This document shows positions 1 to 9,871 of a stretch of DNA of 64,000 nucleotides, one piece after another (the first letter of the stretch is position 1; each line of letters starts with the position of its first letter). The DNA comes from Candidatus Latescibacterota bacterium (lineage in GTDB: Bacteria > Latescibacterota > CBDEFO01). Under the pieces are notes generated by a model. That model was not told the DNA's origin. It saw nothing but the letters and a program-made list of their open reading frames with translations, and searched no databases. The position numbers and the translations under genes are program-made. The DNA lies in the NCBI GenBank assembly GCA_965248755.1, contig OZ252149.1, positions 2,880,001-2,944,000 of the forward strand, given 5' to 3'.

Positions 1-291
1 CATGAGCTCCTAGATAGCCTCATAGATAGATATAATATCGTATTGACCCTCGAGGAAAATGTTCTTAAGGGGGGGTTCGGGTCGGAGGTGGCAAGGTATG
101 TATCCGATCGTCATCCAGGTGCCTGCAGGTCATACCATTTAGGCTTGCCGGACGAGTTTATAGAACACGCTCCCAGGGCAGATCTGTTGGAGGAGGTTGG
201 ACTTTCAGTGGCAGGAATAAGACAGGCGGCTTTGGGGCTCCTGACGAGTGATCAGGGTACCATAGCTGAAAGATTCGGGGATCTTGTCTAG
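1..291 (+). CDS. dxs: 1-deoxy-D-xylulose-5-phosphate synthase, C-terminal part (runs off window start)
   Basis: Frame open from base 1; TLEENVLKGGFGS...LGLPDEFIEHA...GLS is the typical DXS/transketolase C-terminal domain; ispH lies downstream. Confidence 0.85.
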   Translation, partial: HELLDSLIDRYNIVLTLEENVLKGGFGSEVARYVSDRHPGACRSYHLGLPDEFIEHAPRADLLEEVGLSVAGIRQAALGLLTSDQGTIAERFGDLV

Positions 292-369
292 CGTGCGCTC
301 TTTGGATACACAGAATCACGTAGCGTTATTTTTGCTTTGAAGCTTTAACTCATTTTATATATAAGGAAG

Positions 370-1473
370 GTGAGTAAAATGGTCCTTTTCCAGGAGTCTC
401 TTCCCGATAAGTACAATTTGATCTCGGAGCAGGAGGCTGAATTTCAGATATCAAACGCCAAGGAGATGTTGGGGGACTCCTCGGTGATCCTGGGGCATCA
501 CTATCAAAGGGACGAAGTGATAAAGTTCGCCGACTTTACGGGCGATTCATTCAAGTTGTGTCAGCTTGCAGCCAGCAGAAAGAAGGCCCAGTTCATAGTG
601 TTCTGCGGGGTGCACTTTATGGCTGAAAGCGCAGATATCTTAAGCAAGGATTACCAGAAGGTGATACTGCCCGATCTGAACGCAGGATGTTCTATGGCGG
701 ACATGGCGAACATAGATCAGGTGGAAGAGTGCTGGGACGAGCTTATGGACATATTCGACGATGGATCTGTGATCCCGATCACATATATGAACTCCGCGGC
801 GAACCTGAAGGCGTTCTGCGGGGTAAATGGAGGAGCTGTATGCACTTCTACAAACGCAAAGTCCATCTTTGAGTGGGCGTTCCAACAGGGCGAGCAGGTG
901 CTCTTCTTCCCGGACGAGCATCTGGGCAGGAATACGGGCTGTAAGATGGAAATAGGCCTGGACGAAATGATCGTATGGAACCCCTTTGAGGTCATGGGCG
1001 GAAACACAATCAAGGACATCGAAAAAAGCAGGGTTATCCTCTGGAAGGGCCACTGCTCTGTGCATCTAAGGTTTAATCTAAAGCAGGTAGAGGGCGTAAG
1101 GAAGGCGTTCCCCGGGATAAGGGTCATAGCTCACCCCGAATGCAGTAAGGAGGTCGTGGACGCCTCAGATGAGGACGGCTCCACCGAATACATAATAAGG
1201 AAAGTAAGCCAGGGCGAGCCGGGCTCCAAGTGGGCAGTAGGGACGGAGATTCACCTTGTGCACAGGCTGGCTAAGCAGAACAAGGACAAATTTGTGATCT
1301 CTCTAAACGAGAACGTATGCGCCTGTGCCACTATGTACAGGATAGACCCTCCTCATCTCCTATGGGTATTGGATAGCCTGAGGGAGGGGAGAATGGTCAA
1401 TCACATAACTGTGCCCGAAGATATAGCAGAAGGGGCAAAAATAGCTTTGGACAGGATGTTAGCGATAGCCTGA
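370..1473 (+). CDS. nadA: Quinolinate synthase A
   Basis: LGHHYQ, FCGVHFMAE, AGCSMA, YMNS, CTSTNA, FPDEHLG, GHCSVH, AHPEC, GST, GTE, CATM motifs. Confidence 0.96.
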   Translation: MSKMVLFQESLPDKYNLISEQEAEFQISNAKEMLGDSSVILGHHYQRDEVIKFADFTGDSFKLCQLAASRKKAQFIVFCGVHFMAESADILSKDYQKVILPDLNAGCSMADMANIDQVEECWDELMDIFDDGSVIPITYMNSAANLKAFCGVNGGAVCTSTNAKSIFEWAFQQGEQVLFFPDEHLGRNTGCKMEIGLDEMIVWNPFEVMGGNTIKDIEKSRVILWKGHCSVHLRFNLKQVEGVRKAFPGIRVIAHPECSKEVVDASDEDGSTEYIIRKVSQGEPGSKWAVGTEIHLVHRLAKQNKDKFVISLNENVCACATMYRIDPPHLLWVLDSLREGRMVNHITVPEDIAEGAKIALDRMLAIA

Positions 1474-1480
1474 ATGAGCC

Positions 1481-1570
1481 AGTAGACAGTAGAGACGGGT
1501 ACCTCTCCCCGACCTTGAGTCCCCGATTGAATCTTTCGGGGGTAGACAGCAAACAGTAGACAGTAGACAG
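1481..1570. repeat. CAGTAGA heptamer repeats surrounding one copy of the CCCCGAT-N7-ATCGGGG palindrome (1521-1541)
   Basis: agtagacagtagagac ... ccccgattgaatctttcgggg ... gtagacagcaaacagtagacagtagacag. Confidence 0.8.
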
Positions 1571-1582
1571 GGAATTGAACAG

Positions 1583-1906
1583 GTGCAATTTGCTCTGGAT
1601 AGGTTTGACGAAAGTGATCAGTTTCTTATCACAAAGAAGGGGGAAAAGCAAGATAAGAAAGTGGATTTGAAGAACGCTGTTTTGATGATAGAGCTGGATA
1701 GGGGTATAGACTCTATCGGATTAGATATGCTGCTTTGCGTCGGAGATTTGGAAAGGGGCAACGTAAATCCATTCCTCGTCTTGAAGGAGGTACTGGATTT
1801 TGACGAAGAGAGGGTCGCCTCCACCAAGGTAGAAAGAAGGGGCATGTTCGACGGGAGTGGAGGTCTAATCGAAGGGGTAAGCGTGAGAGAAGAGGTTTTG
1901 GTGTAG
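1583..1906 (+). CDS. Hypothetical protein resembling the C-terminal half of DUF2344 (radical-SAM-linked protein)
   Basis: KKGEKQDKKVDLK...GNVNPFLVL...KVERRGM pattern; in-frame stop at 1490-1492 limits upstream extension. Confidence 0.45.
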   Translation: MQFALDRFDESDQFLITKKGEKQDKKVDLKNAVLMIELDRGIDSIGLDMLLCVGDLERGNVNPFLVLKEVLDFDEERVASTKVERRGMFDGSGGLIEGVSVREEVLV

Positions 1907-1954
1907 CTTTGATTCTACATTTATATATCCAGCAGAAATGGAGATGACAGACTG

Positions 1955-3163
1955 ATGTCCCAAAAGACATATTTCCAAAAGGGCTTCGGCCTGAAGCCCG
2001 AGATCGAGGGACAGCTTTTCGACGATTACGACAGCCAGGTGGTAGAGCGTTTAAAGGACACGGACTATCGGCTTCAGATACAGGACGTTACTATCAGGTT
2101 GGCGCAGGAGTTCGGCTTTTGTTACGGCGTTGACAGGGCTGTTGACTATGCTTACGAGACGAGGAAGCAGTTCCCGGACAGGAAGATATATATAACCGGC
2201 GAGATTATTCACAACTCCCACGTAAATGGCAAGCTGATAAGTATGGGAGTAGAGTTCTTGGACGGGATCGGCACATTAGAGGAGAAGTTCGAGCCTGTTG
2301 AGTCCGAAGATGTGGTGATCATCCCCGCTTTCGGAGTACCTGTGAGCGAGCTTGAGATCTTGAAAGATAGGGGCTGTATTATGGTCGATACGACGTGCGG
2401 CTCGGTGCTGAACGTATGGAAGAATGTGGGAAGATACGCAAAGGAAGGCTTCACGTCTATCATACACGGAAAGTATCAACACGAAGAGACAATGGCCACA
2501 AGTTCAAGGGCGTCTCATTATCCCGGAGGAAAGTACTTAGTCGTCAGCGACATGGATCAGACGAACATAACTTGCGATTATATCCTTCAGAAAGTGGATA
2601 AGGCGGATTTCTTATCCCGGTTCAAAGGGGCCTTCTCTCACGGCTTTGATCCTGACAGAGATCTGTGCAAGATAGGTCTTGCCAATCAGACGACCATGCT
2701 CTCCGCGGAGTCTCTTAAGATCGCTGACACGCTGAAAGAGGCGATGATCCAAAGGTACGGTAAGGAGGAGTTAGAATCACGATTCAGGACCTTCGATACG
2801 ATCTGCAGCGCCACGCAGGACCGCCAGGATGCTGTCTACAGTCTCGTAAGAGAGGGTTTAGATCTTATGATCGTAATAGGGGGATACAACAGCAGCAATA
2901 CGAATCACTTAGCCGAGATCGCCTCCCAATATACATCTGCGTATCATATAGACGATGCAAATTGTATCATAGATAGATGCAGGATAAGGCATAAGCCGAC
3001 GGGAGAAGATAGTGAGAAAGTCTCCTCAGACTGGATGCCAGATGGAAAGATAACTATAGGCTTTACGGCCGGGGCGTCCACGCCGAACAATAAGATCGGC
3101 GAAGCGATCCAAAAGGTGTTAGAATGTAGGGGCTATCAGCTTGAAGATATCATGAAGCTGTAG
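1955..3163 (+). CDS. ispH: 4-hydroxy-3-methylbut-2-enyl diphosphate reductase (long form)
   Basis: GFCYGVDRA, EIIHN, DTTC, HGKYQHEE, NQTT, DTICSATQDRQ, GGYNSSNT, TAGASTP. Confidence 0.96.
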   Translation: MSQKTYFQKGFGLKPEIEGQLFDDYDSQVVERLKDTDYRLQIQDVTIRLAQEFGFCYGVDRAVDYAYETRKQFPDRKIYITGEIIHNSHVNGKLISMGVEFLDGIGTLEEKFEPVESEDVVIIPAFGVPVSELEILKDRGCIMVDTTCGSVLNVWKNVGRYAKEGFTSIIHGKYQHEETMATSSRASHYPGGKYLVVSDMDQTNITCDYILQKVDKADFLSRFKGAFSHGFDPDRDLCKIGLANQTTMLSAESLKIADTLKEAMIQRYGKEELESRFRTFDTICSATQDRQDAVYSLVREGLDLMIVIGGYNSSNTNHLAEIASQYTSAYHIDDANCIIDRCRIRHKPTGEDSEKVSSDWMPDGKITIGFTAGASTPNNKIGEAIQKVLECRGYQLEDIMKL

Positions 3164-3175
3164 TTAGAGGGCTTA

Positions 3176-4495
3176 ATGGCAAAAAGAGCGGCTTTCTATA
3201 CGATCGGCTGTAAACTGAATATTTATGAGACCGAGTCTTTAAAGAGCATCTTTGACAAGAACGGTTATCAGATAGTTGACCCTGACGAGGGTGCGGATGT
3301 CTATGTGATCAATACATGTACGGTCACAAGTTACGGGGATTCGGATTGCAGGAAGTTGATCAGGAGGGCTGTCAGAAATAAAAAGGACGGGAAGGTCGTG
3401 GTGACGGGGTGTTATGCTCAGAGGAACCCTCTCGAAATCGCAGAGATCCCGGGCGTGGATTTAGTCCTGGGAAACAGGGAGAAGGGGAAACTCTTTGAGT
3501 TTGTGAATAGTGTAGAAAGCGGAAATGGATCGAATATCTTTGTAAGTGATGACCCCGGATCAACTGAGTTCATAGACTTCCATACGTCCTACAAAAGCGA
3601 TCTGACGAGGGCAACGCTCAAGATTCAGGACGGATGCGACGAGCACTGCACCTATTGCATTATTCCGAGTGTTAGGGGGGGGAGCATAAGCCGTCCACTG
3701 AGCGATATTGTGGATCAGGTCAAAAGACTTGTGAATTCGGGATACAAAGAAGTGGCTTTAACAGGCGTCAATACGGGAAGTTACGGCCTCGATTTAGAAG
3801 AGGATGTCGTCCTCTTAGATGTATTGAAAAAGCTGGACAGGATAGACGGGCTTCTGAGGATAAGGATGAACTCCCTGGAGCCGGGATGCGTCTCTGATGA
3901 TCTTATAGATTTTGCCGCAGATTCAGAGAAGATATGTCGGCACTTTCACGTCCCACTGCAGAGTGGAGATGATATAGTCTTGAGGAGAATGGGGAGGAGC
4001 TACAGGACGGGATATTACGCCGAAACAGTAGGCAAAATAGCGGATAAGATAGAGGGCTGTGCAATAGGCGCTGACGTGATGGTCGGTTTTCCGGGGGAAG
4101 ATGAGGATGGGTTTTTAAACTCCTACAGGTTTATAGAAGAAATTCCACTTACGTATCTGCACGTGTTTTCCTACTCTCAGAGGGAAGGTACCCCCGCAGT
4201 TCGCATGAAGGGACACGTTTCCCCAGAGATAAAGGCAGAAAGAAGCAAAAGTATGAGGCAGTTGAGCAGAAAGAAGAGAATTGACTTTCAAAACAGCTTC
4301 CTGGGCAAAGGATTGGAAGTGCTGGTCGAGGACAACAGGGACAGTAAAACAGGACATCTGACGGGCTTGAGCGACAACTATATCAGAGTCAGGCTGGATG
4401 TGGATAAGGATAGGGTAAACAAAATTGTGGCAGCGGATATGATGTGGACAGAAGGTGAAGCAGTATTTGGGGAGGTAAAAGAGTCAGGCGTATGA
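3176..4495 (+). CDS. mtaB: tRNA t6A37 methylthiotransferase
   Basis: GCKLN, NTCTVT, VTGCYAQ UPF0004 domain; KIQDGCDEHCTYC radical SAM motif; HVFSYS; C-terminal TRAM-like region. Confidence 0.9.
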   Translation: MAKRAAFYTIGCKLNIYETESLKSIFDKNGYQIVDPDEGADVYVINTCTVTSYGDSDCRKLIRRAVRNKKDGKVVVTGCYAQRNPLEIAEIPGVDLVLGNREKGKLFEFVNSVESGNGSNIFVSDDPGSTEFIDFHTSYKSDLTRATLKIQDGCDEHCTYCIIPSVRGGSISRPLSDIVDQVKRLVNSGYKEVALTGVNTGSYGLDLEEDVVLLDVLKKLDRIDGLLRIRMNSLEPGCVSDDLIDFAADSEKICRHFHVPLQSGDDIVLRRMGRSYRTGYYAETVGKIADKIEGCAIGADVMVGFPGEDEDGFLNSYRFIEEIPLTYLHVFSYSQREGTPAVRMKGHVSPEIKAERSKSMRQLSRKKRIDFQNSFLGKGLEVLVEDNRDSKTGHLTGLSDNYIRVRLDVDKDRVNKIVAADMMWTEGEAVFGEVKESGV

Positions 4496-5895
4496 TAGAC
4501 GTAAGAGACCAAATGCCCGATGTTTTAATAAACGAAGTGGGATCCGGAAAGACTGAGCCGGAAGGGCCCCTTGTGCAGGAAAATACACTTGCAGCCGACG
4601 CTCGGCCAAAGGCTGTATATATAGAGACCTACGGGTGCCAGATGAACGTCTCGGACTCTGAACTTATAGCGGGCGTATTTCTTAATGCGGGCTACAGAAT
4701 CGCGCCGAATATGGATGAGGCGGATGTGATCCTTGTGAACACGTGCGCTGTGAGGGAAAGGGCCGAGGAGAGAGTGTTCGGAAGACTCTCTGAGTTAAAC
4801 AGGTACAAATTGAGGAATCCGGATTTAGTATTGGGGGTTTGCGGGTGCATGGCCAAGCATCTGGGGGAGAAGATTTCCCAGAGGGCTCCTTACGTGGATA
4901 TAGTGGCTAGCCCTGATTCTTACAGGAGGTTGCCCGATACCGTAGGTCGGATTTCAGGGGAGCCCCTTTTGGATCTGAAGCTGGATAGGGATGAGTTGTA
5001 CATAGGCCTGGACCCCATAAGGAGCGAGGGCGTGACTGCATGGGTGACTATAATGAGGGGATGTGACAAGTTCTGTTCCTTCTGCATAGTGCCTTATGTG
5101 AGAGGCAGGGAACGGGGCGTGCCTCCCCAGGAGGTTGTGCGTCAGGTGGAGGTACTGGCCTCTGAGGGATGCAAGGAGGTGACACTCCTGGGGCAGACTG
5201 TAAGTTCATACAGATACGACGGTGTGCATTTTGCCGATCTTCTGGACACGGTCAGCAGAGTCGGTGGGATCGAAAGGATGAGGTTTACGGCGCCGCACCC
5301 GAGCGATTTTTCGGATAAGTTGATAGACACTGTAGGAAGAAACGATAAGGTCTGCAATCATGTTCATCTGCCACTACAGTCGGGATCGGACAGAGTCTTG
5401 AAGGCTATGAAGCGGGACTATACTTCGCACCAATATATGAATTTAGTGGAAAAAATAAGAGACAGGATTCCAGGCGTGGCTTTGACTACAGACGTGATTG
5501 TGGGATTCTGCGGCGAGACTGACGATGATTTTGAGCTTACTTACGATCTTATGAAGAACGTCAGGTTCGACTCGGCCTTTATGTTTAAATACTCCCCAAG
5601 GGAAGGCACGTCTGCGTACAGGCAACTTGAGGACGACGTGTCAGAAGAGGTGAAATCCCAGAGGATTCGGGAGATTATAGATCTTCAGGAGTCCGTGTCT
5701 TTAGAGATAAATAGGGGCTTTGTAGGCAGTACCGTAAGGGTAATGGTAGAGGGGACTTCAAAGAGGGACGAACATAAGCTGTTCGGCAAGACAGGCGGGT
5801 TCAAGACTGTGGTCTTCCCCAACGAGGGCGACTCTCCGGGGGATATGGTAGATGTCAAGATCGGGGACGCCACGTCGCATACTTTGGTTGGATAA
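4492..5895 (+). CDS. miaB: tRNA i6A37 methylthiotransferase
   Basis: TYGCQMNVSDSE, NTCAVRERAE, GCMA, RGCDKFCSFC, RFTAPHP, FKYSPREGT, TRAM domain. Confidence 0.95.
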   Translation: MIDVRDQMPDVLINEVGSGKTEPEGPLVQENTLAADARPKAVYIETYGCQMNVSDSELIAGVFLNAGYRIAPNMDEADVILVNTCAVRERAEERVFGRLSELNRYKLRNPDLVLGVCGCMAKHLGEKISQRAPYVDIVASPDSYRRLPDTVGRISGEPLLDLKLDRDELYIGLDPIRSEGVTAWVTIMRGCDKFCSFCIVPYVRGRERGVPPQEVVRQVEVLASEGCKEVTLLGQTVSSYRYDGVHFADLLDTVSRVGGIERMRFTAPHPSDFSDKLIDTVGRNDKVCNHVHLPLQSGSDRVLKAMKRDYTSHQYMNLVEKIRDRIPGVALTTDVIVGFCGETDDDFELTYDLMKNVRFDSAFMFKYSPREGTSAYRQLEDDVSEEVKSQRIREIIDLQESVSLEINRGFVGSTVRVMVEGTSKRDEHKLFGKTGGFKTVVFPNEGDSPGDMVDVKIGDATSHTLVG

Positions 5896-6022
5896 AATTA
5901 GATAGATAAATATAGGGGCGAGAATATGAGCCCCCAAGGGCAGGAAAGCGCTACCCCTACGTTTTTGGGGAAAAAGGTTGCCTCTTACCTCGGAAGACGA
6001 TTGAGATTCTGAAAGGACCATT

Positions 6023-6916
6023 GTGAGAGAAGAAAGACTCCCGAAATGGCTGAAGGTAAAGGGACCGGGCAGTCCGGGATATATAGAGCTCAAGTCTTTG
6101 GTCAAGAAGCTGAACCTAAACACTGTGTGTGAGAGCGCACTCTGCCCAAATATTGGGGAGTGCTGGGGCAACGGGACGGCCACATTCATGATCCTGGGGG
6201 ATATATGCACCCGAAGCTGCGGATTCTGTGCAATAGCTACAGGGAGGCCGCAAAAGCTCGATTTAGAGGAGCCTGAAAGGGTGGCAAAAGCCGTGGAAGC
6301 CCTGGGATTGAGGCATGCTGTGATCACGTCGGTAAATAGAGATGAATTGGAAGACGGAGGGGCTTATATCTTTGCGGAGACGATAAGGAGAATAAGGTTT
6401 TACTGCTCTCAGACCAGCGTTGAGGTGTTAATTCCGGATTTTGAGGGAGACGAGCCAGCGCTCTGCACAGTGATGGAGGCAAAGCCGGATATTTTGAACC
6501 ACAATATCGAGACCGTTCCCAGACTCTATTACAGAGTAAGGCCGCAGGCTAAGTACCTTAGATCTATAGAGCTAATAAGAAAGGCTAAAGAGTTTGGAGG
6601 TGCAATCACCAAGTCGGGGATGATGTTAGGAGTCGGAGAGGAGAAAGATGAAGTTTACGGGTGTATGAGGGATCTTGTGGACGCTGAATGCGATATTCTG
6701 ACTCTGGGGCAGTATTTGAGGCCCTCCCCAAGGCATATCCCGATAGTAAGGTTCTATCATCCTGATGAGTTTGAAGAGTTCAAATGTGTCGGTCACCAGA
6801 TGGGATTCAGGCATGTGGAGTCGGGTCCGCTGGTGAGGAGTTCCTATCACGCTGCAGATCAGGTGGTGCCACCTCTGCAGATGGATCGTCCGCTACAGAA
6901 TGAAACGTCAGTGTAA
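6023..6916 (+). CDS. lipA: Lipoyl synthase
   Basis: [54 protein letters not shown] before GTG. Confidence 0.97.
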   Translation: MREERLPKWLKVKGPGSPGYIELKSLVKKLNLNTVCESALCPNIGECWGNGTATFMILGDICTRSCGFCAIATGRPQKLDLEEPERVAKAVEALGLRHAVITSVNRDELEDGGAYIFAETIRRIRFYCSQTSVEVLIPDFEGDEPALCTVMEAKPDILNHNIETVPRLYYRVRPQAKYLRSIELIRKAKEFGGAITKSGMMLGVGEEKDEVYGCMRDLVDAECDILTLGQYLRPSPRHIPIVRFYHPDEFEEFKCVGHQMGFRHVESGPLVRSSYHAADQVVPPLQMDRPLQNETSV

Positions 6917-6996
6917 AAGTAGCATTAGTGGACGCCCCTGTTGTCCGAGGAGCGCTGAGGGCAAGCGGCTTGTTGTGACGAAACGAGGGAGATAGC

Positions 6997-8073
6997 GTGA
7001 GCAAACCCTGTCGTGGCTGGGATCACGGTAGTCTGGCTAGACCAGCCTCAGAGTATGACATCCGTTACGGCTTCCAGCTTCTGAAAGATGAAAGCTCTAA
7101 GTGGCCTAGCTACATAGTGGTAACAACTCCGAGTGCCTACAAAGCAGCGCAGCCGGACCTCTCTCAACAACCCGCGGGCGTGGCATATGCCGCCTGGCTG
7201 GATTCTGAATATCTTAAGGAATTAAGTGATGGCCTTCCCAACGGCGCGGAGCTTGTGATCGGGCTCGGGGGAGGGCGGGCGCTGGATGCTGCAAAGTACG
7301 TAGCTCTTGAGAAGAATCTGCAGCTCATTCTGGTCCCCACGCTGGTATCGACAGGGGCTATTATCCACGGGGTTTTCGCCAGATGGGACGGTCGGAACAT
7401 AATCGGGTGGCTCGATGATTGGCCATGGATCGACTGCGAATACGTGCTCGTAGATTACGATCTGGTGCAGAGAGCGCCCCACTATCTGAATACAGCCGGG
7501 CTTGGCGACGTGCTCTGTGGCTACGCCGGGGTTGCAGAATGGAGACGGAGCTCCAAACTCGGAATTGATCCTCCTTGCGACGACGAGGCCGTAGCCGCGG
7601 TTATCGAGTACCACGAAGAAATCGTCGGCGGTTTCCTAAAGACGCTCGACGATCAGGGTAGCTTGACTGCGGACAGCGTCCACTGCATTATGACTACGTT
7701 GCAGGAGCGCGATTCAAAGGCGCTCCGCAATCTGGCCGCTCCGAGTGGAGACCACGTGTTTCTAATTGCCCTAGAGCTTGTGAACGACAAATGTTGGATC
7801 CACGGAGAGGTCGTCGCCCTCGGGGCTATAATCATCGCGTGGCAGTGCGACGAGTATCCCGAAACTCTGATCTCCAGGCTGGACAGGTGCAGGGTGCGAC
7901 ACCGACCGACTCAGATGGGAATCGGCCGCGAGGAACTCAGCAAAGGGCTTGAATTCGTTCCGAGCTTTATGGCAGAAATGGAGGACAACCCAAACGCCAA
8001 CTCGATCATGTGCCATGAGCCCGTCACAGGGGCGAAGTTCGATGCCCTCTGGGAGTTCTTGGAGACAAAATAG
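6997..8073 (+). CDS. Glycerol-1-phosphate/glycerol dehydrogenase-like protein (DHQ synthase/Fe-ADH superfamily)
   Basis: GLGGGRALDAAKY, VPT, AGLGD, SGDH and HGEVVALG motifs as in EgsA/AraM/GldA. Confidence 0.7.
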   Translation: MSKPCRGWDHGSLARPASEYDIRYGFQLLKDESSKWPSYIVVTTPSAYKAAQPDLSQQPAGVAYAAWLDSEYLKELSDGLPNGAELVIGLGGGRALDAAKYVALEKNLQLILVPTLVSTGAIIHGVFARWDGRNIIGWLDDWPWIDCEYVLVDYDLVQRAPHYLNTAGLGDVLCGYAGVAEWRRSSKLGIDPPCDDEAVAAVIEYHEEIVGGFLKTLDDQGSLTADSVHCIMTTLQERDSKALRNLAAPSGDHVFLIALELVNDKCWIHGEVVALGAIIIAWQCDEYPETLISRLDRCRVRHRPTQMGIGREELSKGLEFVPSFMAEMEDNPNANSIMCHEPVTGAKFDALWEFLETK

Positions 8074-8107
8074 GATACATGGAAGATAGATCTCAGGAAG
8101 AGGAGAT

Positions 8108-9097
8108 ATGGAAAAGATTCTCGCAGACGATATAGAGAGTAAGGTCATGGACGGGGTCGGTGTGGACTACGACGAAGCGCTTTTGCTAATGAATCTGGGA
8201 GGAGATGATGCATTTTGGCTCCTGGAGCTTGCGGACAGAGTGAGGGACAGGCATAAAGGAAACGAGGTGTCGTTTTGTTCAATAGTAAATGCCAAATCAG
8301 GTAACTGTTCGGAGGACTGCGGCTTCTGCTCTCAATCTGCCTATTCTGATACTGGGATAGAGGAGTATCCCATGATGGATACAGAGCAGATCGTGAAGGC
8401 CGCAAGGGACTCTCACAATATGAAGGCCACAAGGTTCGGGATAGTGATAGGCAGGAAGGGGATAAAATACAGCCCCAGGTCGGAGAGAGAAAAGATATTT
8501 GAGGCTATAAGGGCTCTGAAAGAGGACGGGAGTGTGATCCCCGACGCATCTTTGGGGATACTGAGCTGGGAGACAGCGTTGGAGCTGAAGGAGGCGGGGT
8601 TAGAGGGCTACCACCATAATTTAGAGACATCCCGAAGGTTCTTTCCGAATATATGCACCACTCACAGCTACGACGAGCGAGTTGAAACGATAAGAATAGC
8701 AAAGGCTGCAGGGTTTTATGCGTGCAGTGGGGGGATATTCGGGATGGGGGAGTCTGTAGAGGATAGAGTGGACATGGCGTTTACGTTGAGGGAATTGGAC
8801 GTGGACTCTATCCCGGTGAATTTCCTGGTGGCAATCCCGGGGACGAAATTAGAAAATCAGGAGCCTTTAGATCAACTCGAGATTTTAAAGATTATCGCTG
8901 TGTATCGTCTGATCTTTCCGACCAAAGATATAAGGATGTGCGGGGGCAGAGAGAAGAATTTAGGTGATATGCAGTCGCGGATATTTGAGGCAGGAGCGAA
9001 TGCTACTCTGATAGGAAATTACCTGACCACGTTCGGCAGGGAACCACTTCTGGATATAAAGATGGTCGAGGATTTAGGGTTCGAGCTTACGAAGTGA
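8108..9097 (+). CDS. bioB: Biotin synthase
   Basis: NAKSGNCSEDCGFCSQS, YHHNLETS, CSGGIFGMGE, SIPVNFL, CGGRE, GNYLTT. Confidence 0.92.
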   Translation: MEKILADDIESKVMDGVGVDYDEALLLMNLGGDDAFWLLELADRVRDRHKGNEVSFCSIVNAKSGNCSEDCGFCSQSAYSDTGIEEYPMMDTEQIVKAARDSHNMKATRFGIVIGRKGIKYSPRSEREKIFEAIRALKEDGSVIPDASLGILSWETALELKEAGLEGYHHNLETSRRFFPNICTTHSYDERVETIRIAKAAGFYACSGGIFGMGESVEDRVDMAFTLRELDVDSIPVNFLVAIPGTKLENQEPLDQLEILKIIAVYRLIFPTKDIRMCGGREKNLGDMQSRIFEAGANATLIGNYLTTFGREPLLDIKMVEDLGFELTK

Positions 9098-9109
9098 GTG
9101 TGATTTCTA

Positions 9110-9781
9110 CTATTTTTCCTTTTCGCGGTACCCTATCCTGTGGAAGGGATTTACGATGCCTGAGGCTATGTTCATCAGATGAGCGCCGATCCTTTTTAGA
9201 AATCTGAGATAGAGGGCTAAAGTTACGGCGTCTTTTAAGTGGAAAGGATGGTCCTCCTCCTCGATAAGATCAAACACGATTTCATCGCACCTTTTTGTGA
9301 CTCTCCACAACTTATCCAGCGTCTTACGAGCAACCTCTATGTCCGACTCCTTCAATGCGGACACCAAGAACTTAAACTCCGACAAGATTACGCTTTCCAT
9401 CCCTTTCAACTCCTCCTCGAACCGCTCGGCGTCGAGCCTTTCGGGATGATGCATTGCAAGTTCGAGTATATTCTTGCTGTAGTCCCCTATTCTCTCGATG
9501 TCGCTTACAACGCTCGACAGCATCAAACCTGCGGAAATGTCCATCGGACCCGATACGGCAAGGTGCGTCAGGACCTTCTTTCTGACTTCTCTTTCGTAAT
9601 CATTTATTTCTTTGTCTTTCTGCCGGAAGTCTATGTCTACCTCCGCCGTATCTCTTTCCCTCAGCGATTTGACGGCCTCTGCAAATATCTTCTCGTCCTC
9701 CTCCAACATAGTCTGAGAATCTTTCATAGCCTGGGCAAAGAGGTTGTCCCTTTTGAATATCTCCTGAAGTTCCTTTAACAT
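9110..9781 (-). CDS. PhoU-domain protein
   Basis: Two helical repeats with DIERIGDYSKNI and LKRIGAHLMNI; adjacent to a Na/Pi transporter. Confidence 0.85.
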   Translation of the reverse strand: MLKELQEIFKRDNLFAQAMKDSQTMLEEDEKIFAEAVKSLRERDTAEVDIDFRQKDKEINDYEREVRKKVLTHLAVSGPMDISAGLMLSSVVSDIERIGDYSKNILELAMHHPERLDAERFEEELKGMESVILSEFKFLVSALKESDIEVARKTLDKLWRVTKRCDEIVFDLIEEEDHPFHLKDAVTLALYLRFLKRIGAHLMNIASGIVNPFHRIGYREKEK

Positions 9782-9800
9782 GATCTATCACCCCCAAATT

Positions 9801-9857
9801 AGTAGACAGTAGACAGTAGACAGGGCACCGCCTCCCATCCCTGTATGCTGTCTACTT
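9801..9857. repeat. CAGTAGA heptamer repeat / GGGCACC hairpin element
   Basis: agtagacagtagacagtagacag-ggcacc...ccctgtatg-ctgtctact. Confidence 0.75.
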
Positions 9858-9871
9858 GTTTCCCCTACCTA

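Noticed and set aside
292..369. NAD riboswitch upstream of nadA
   Set aside because: The spacer is short and AT-rich and lacks the motif as I recall it.
5978..6022. In-frame TGA upstream of lipA as possible Sec read-through
   Set aside because: A good RBS directly precedes GTG 6023 and the upstream peptide has no recognisable motif.
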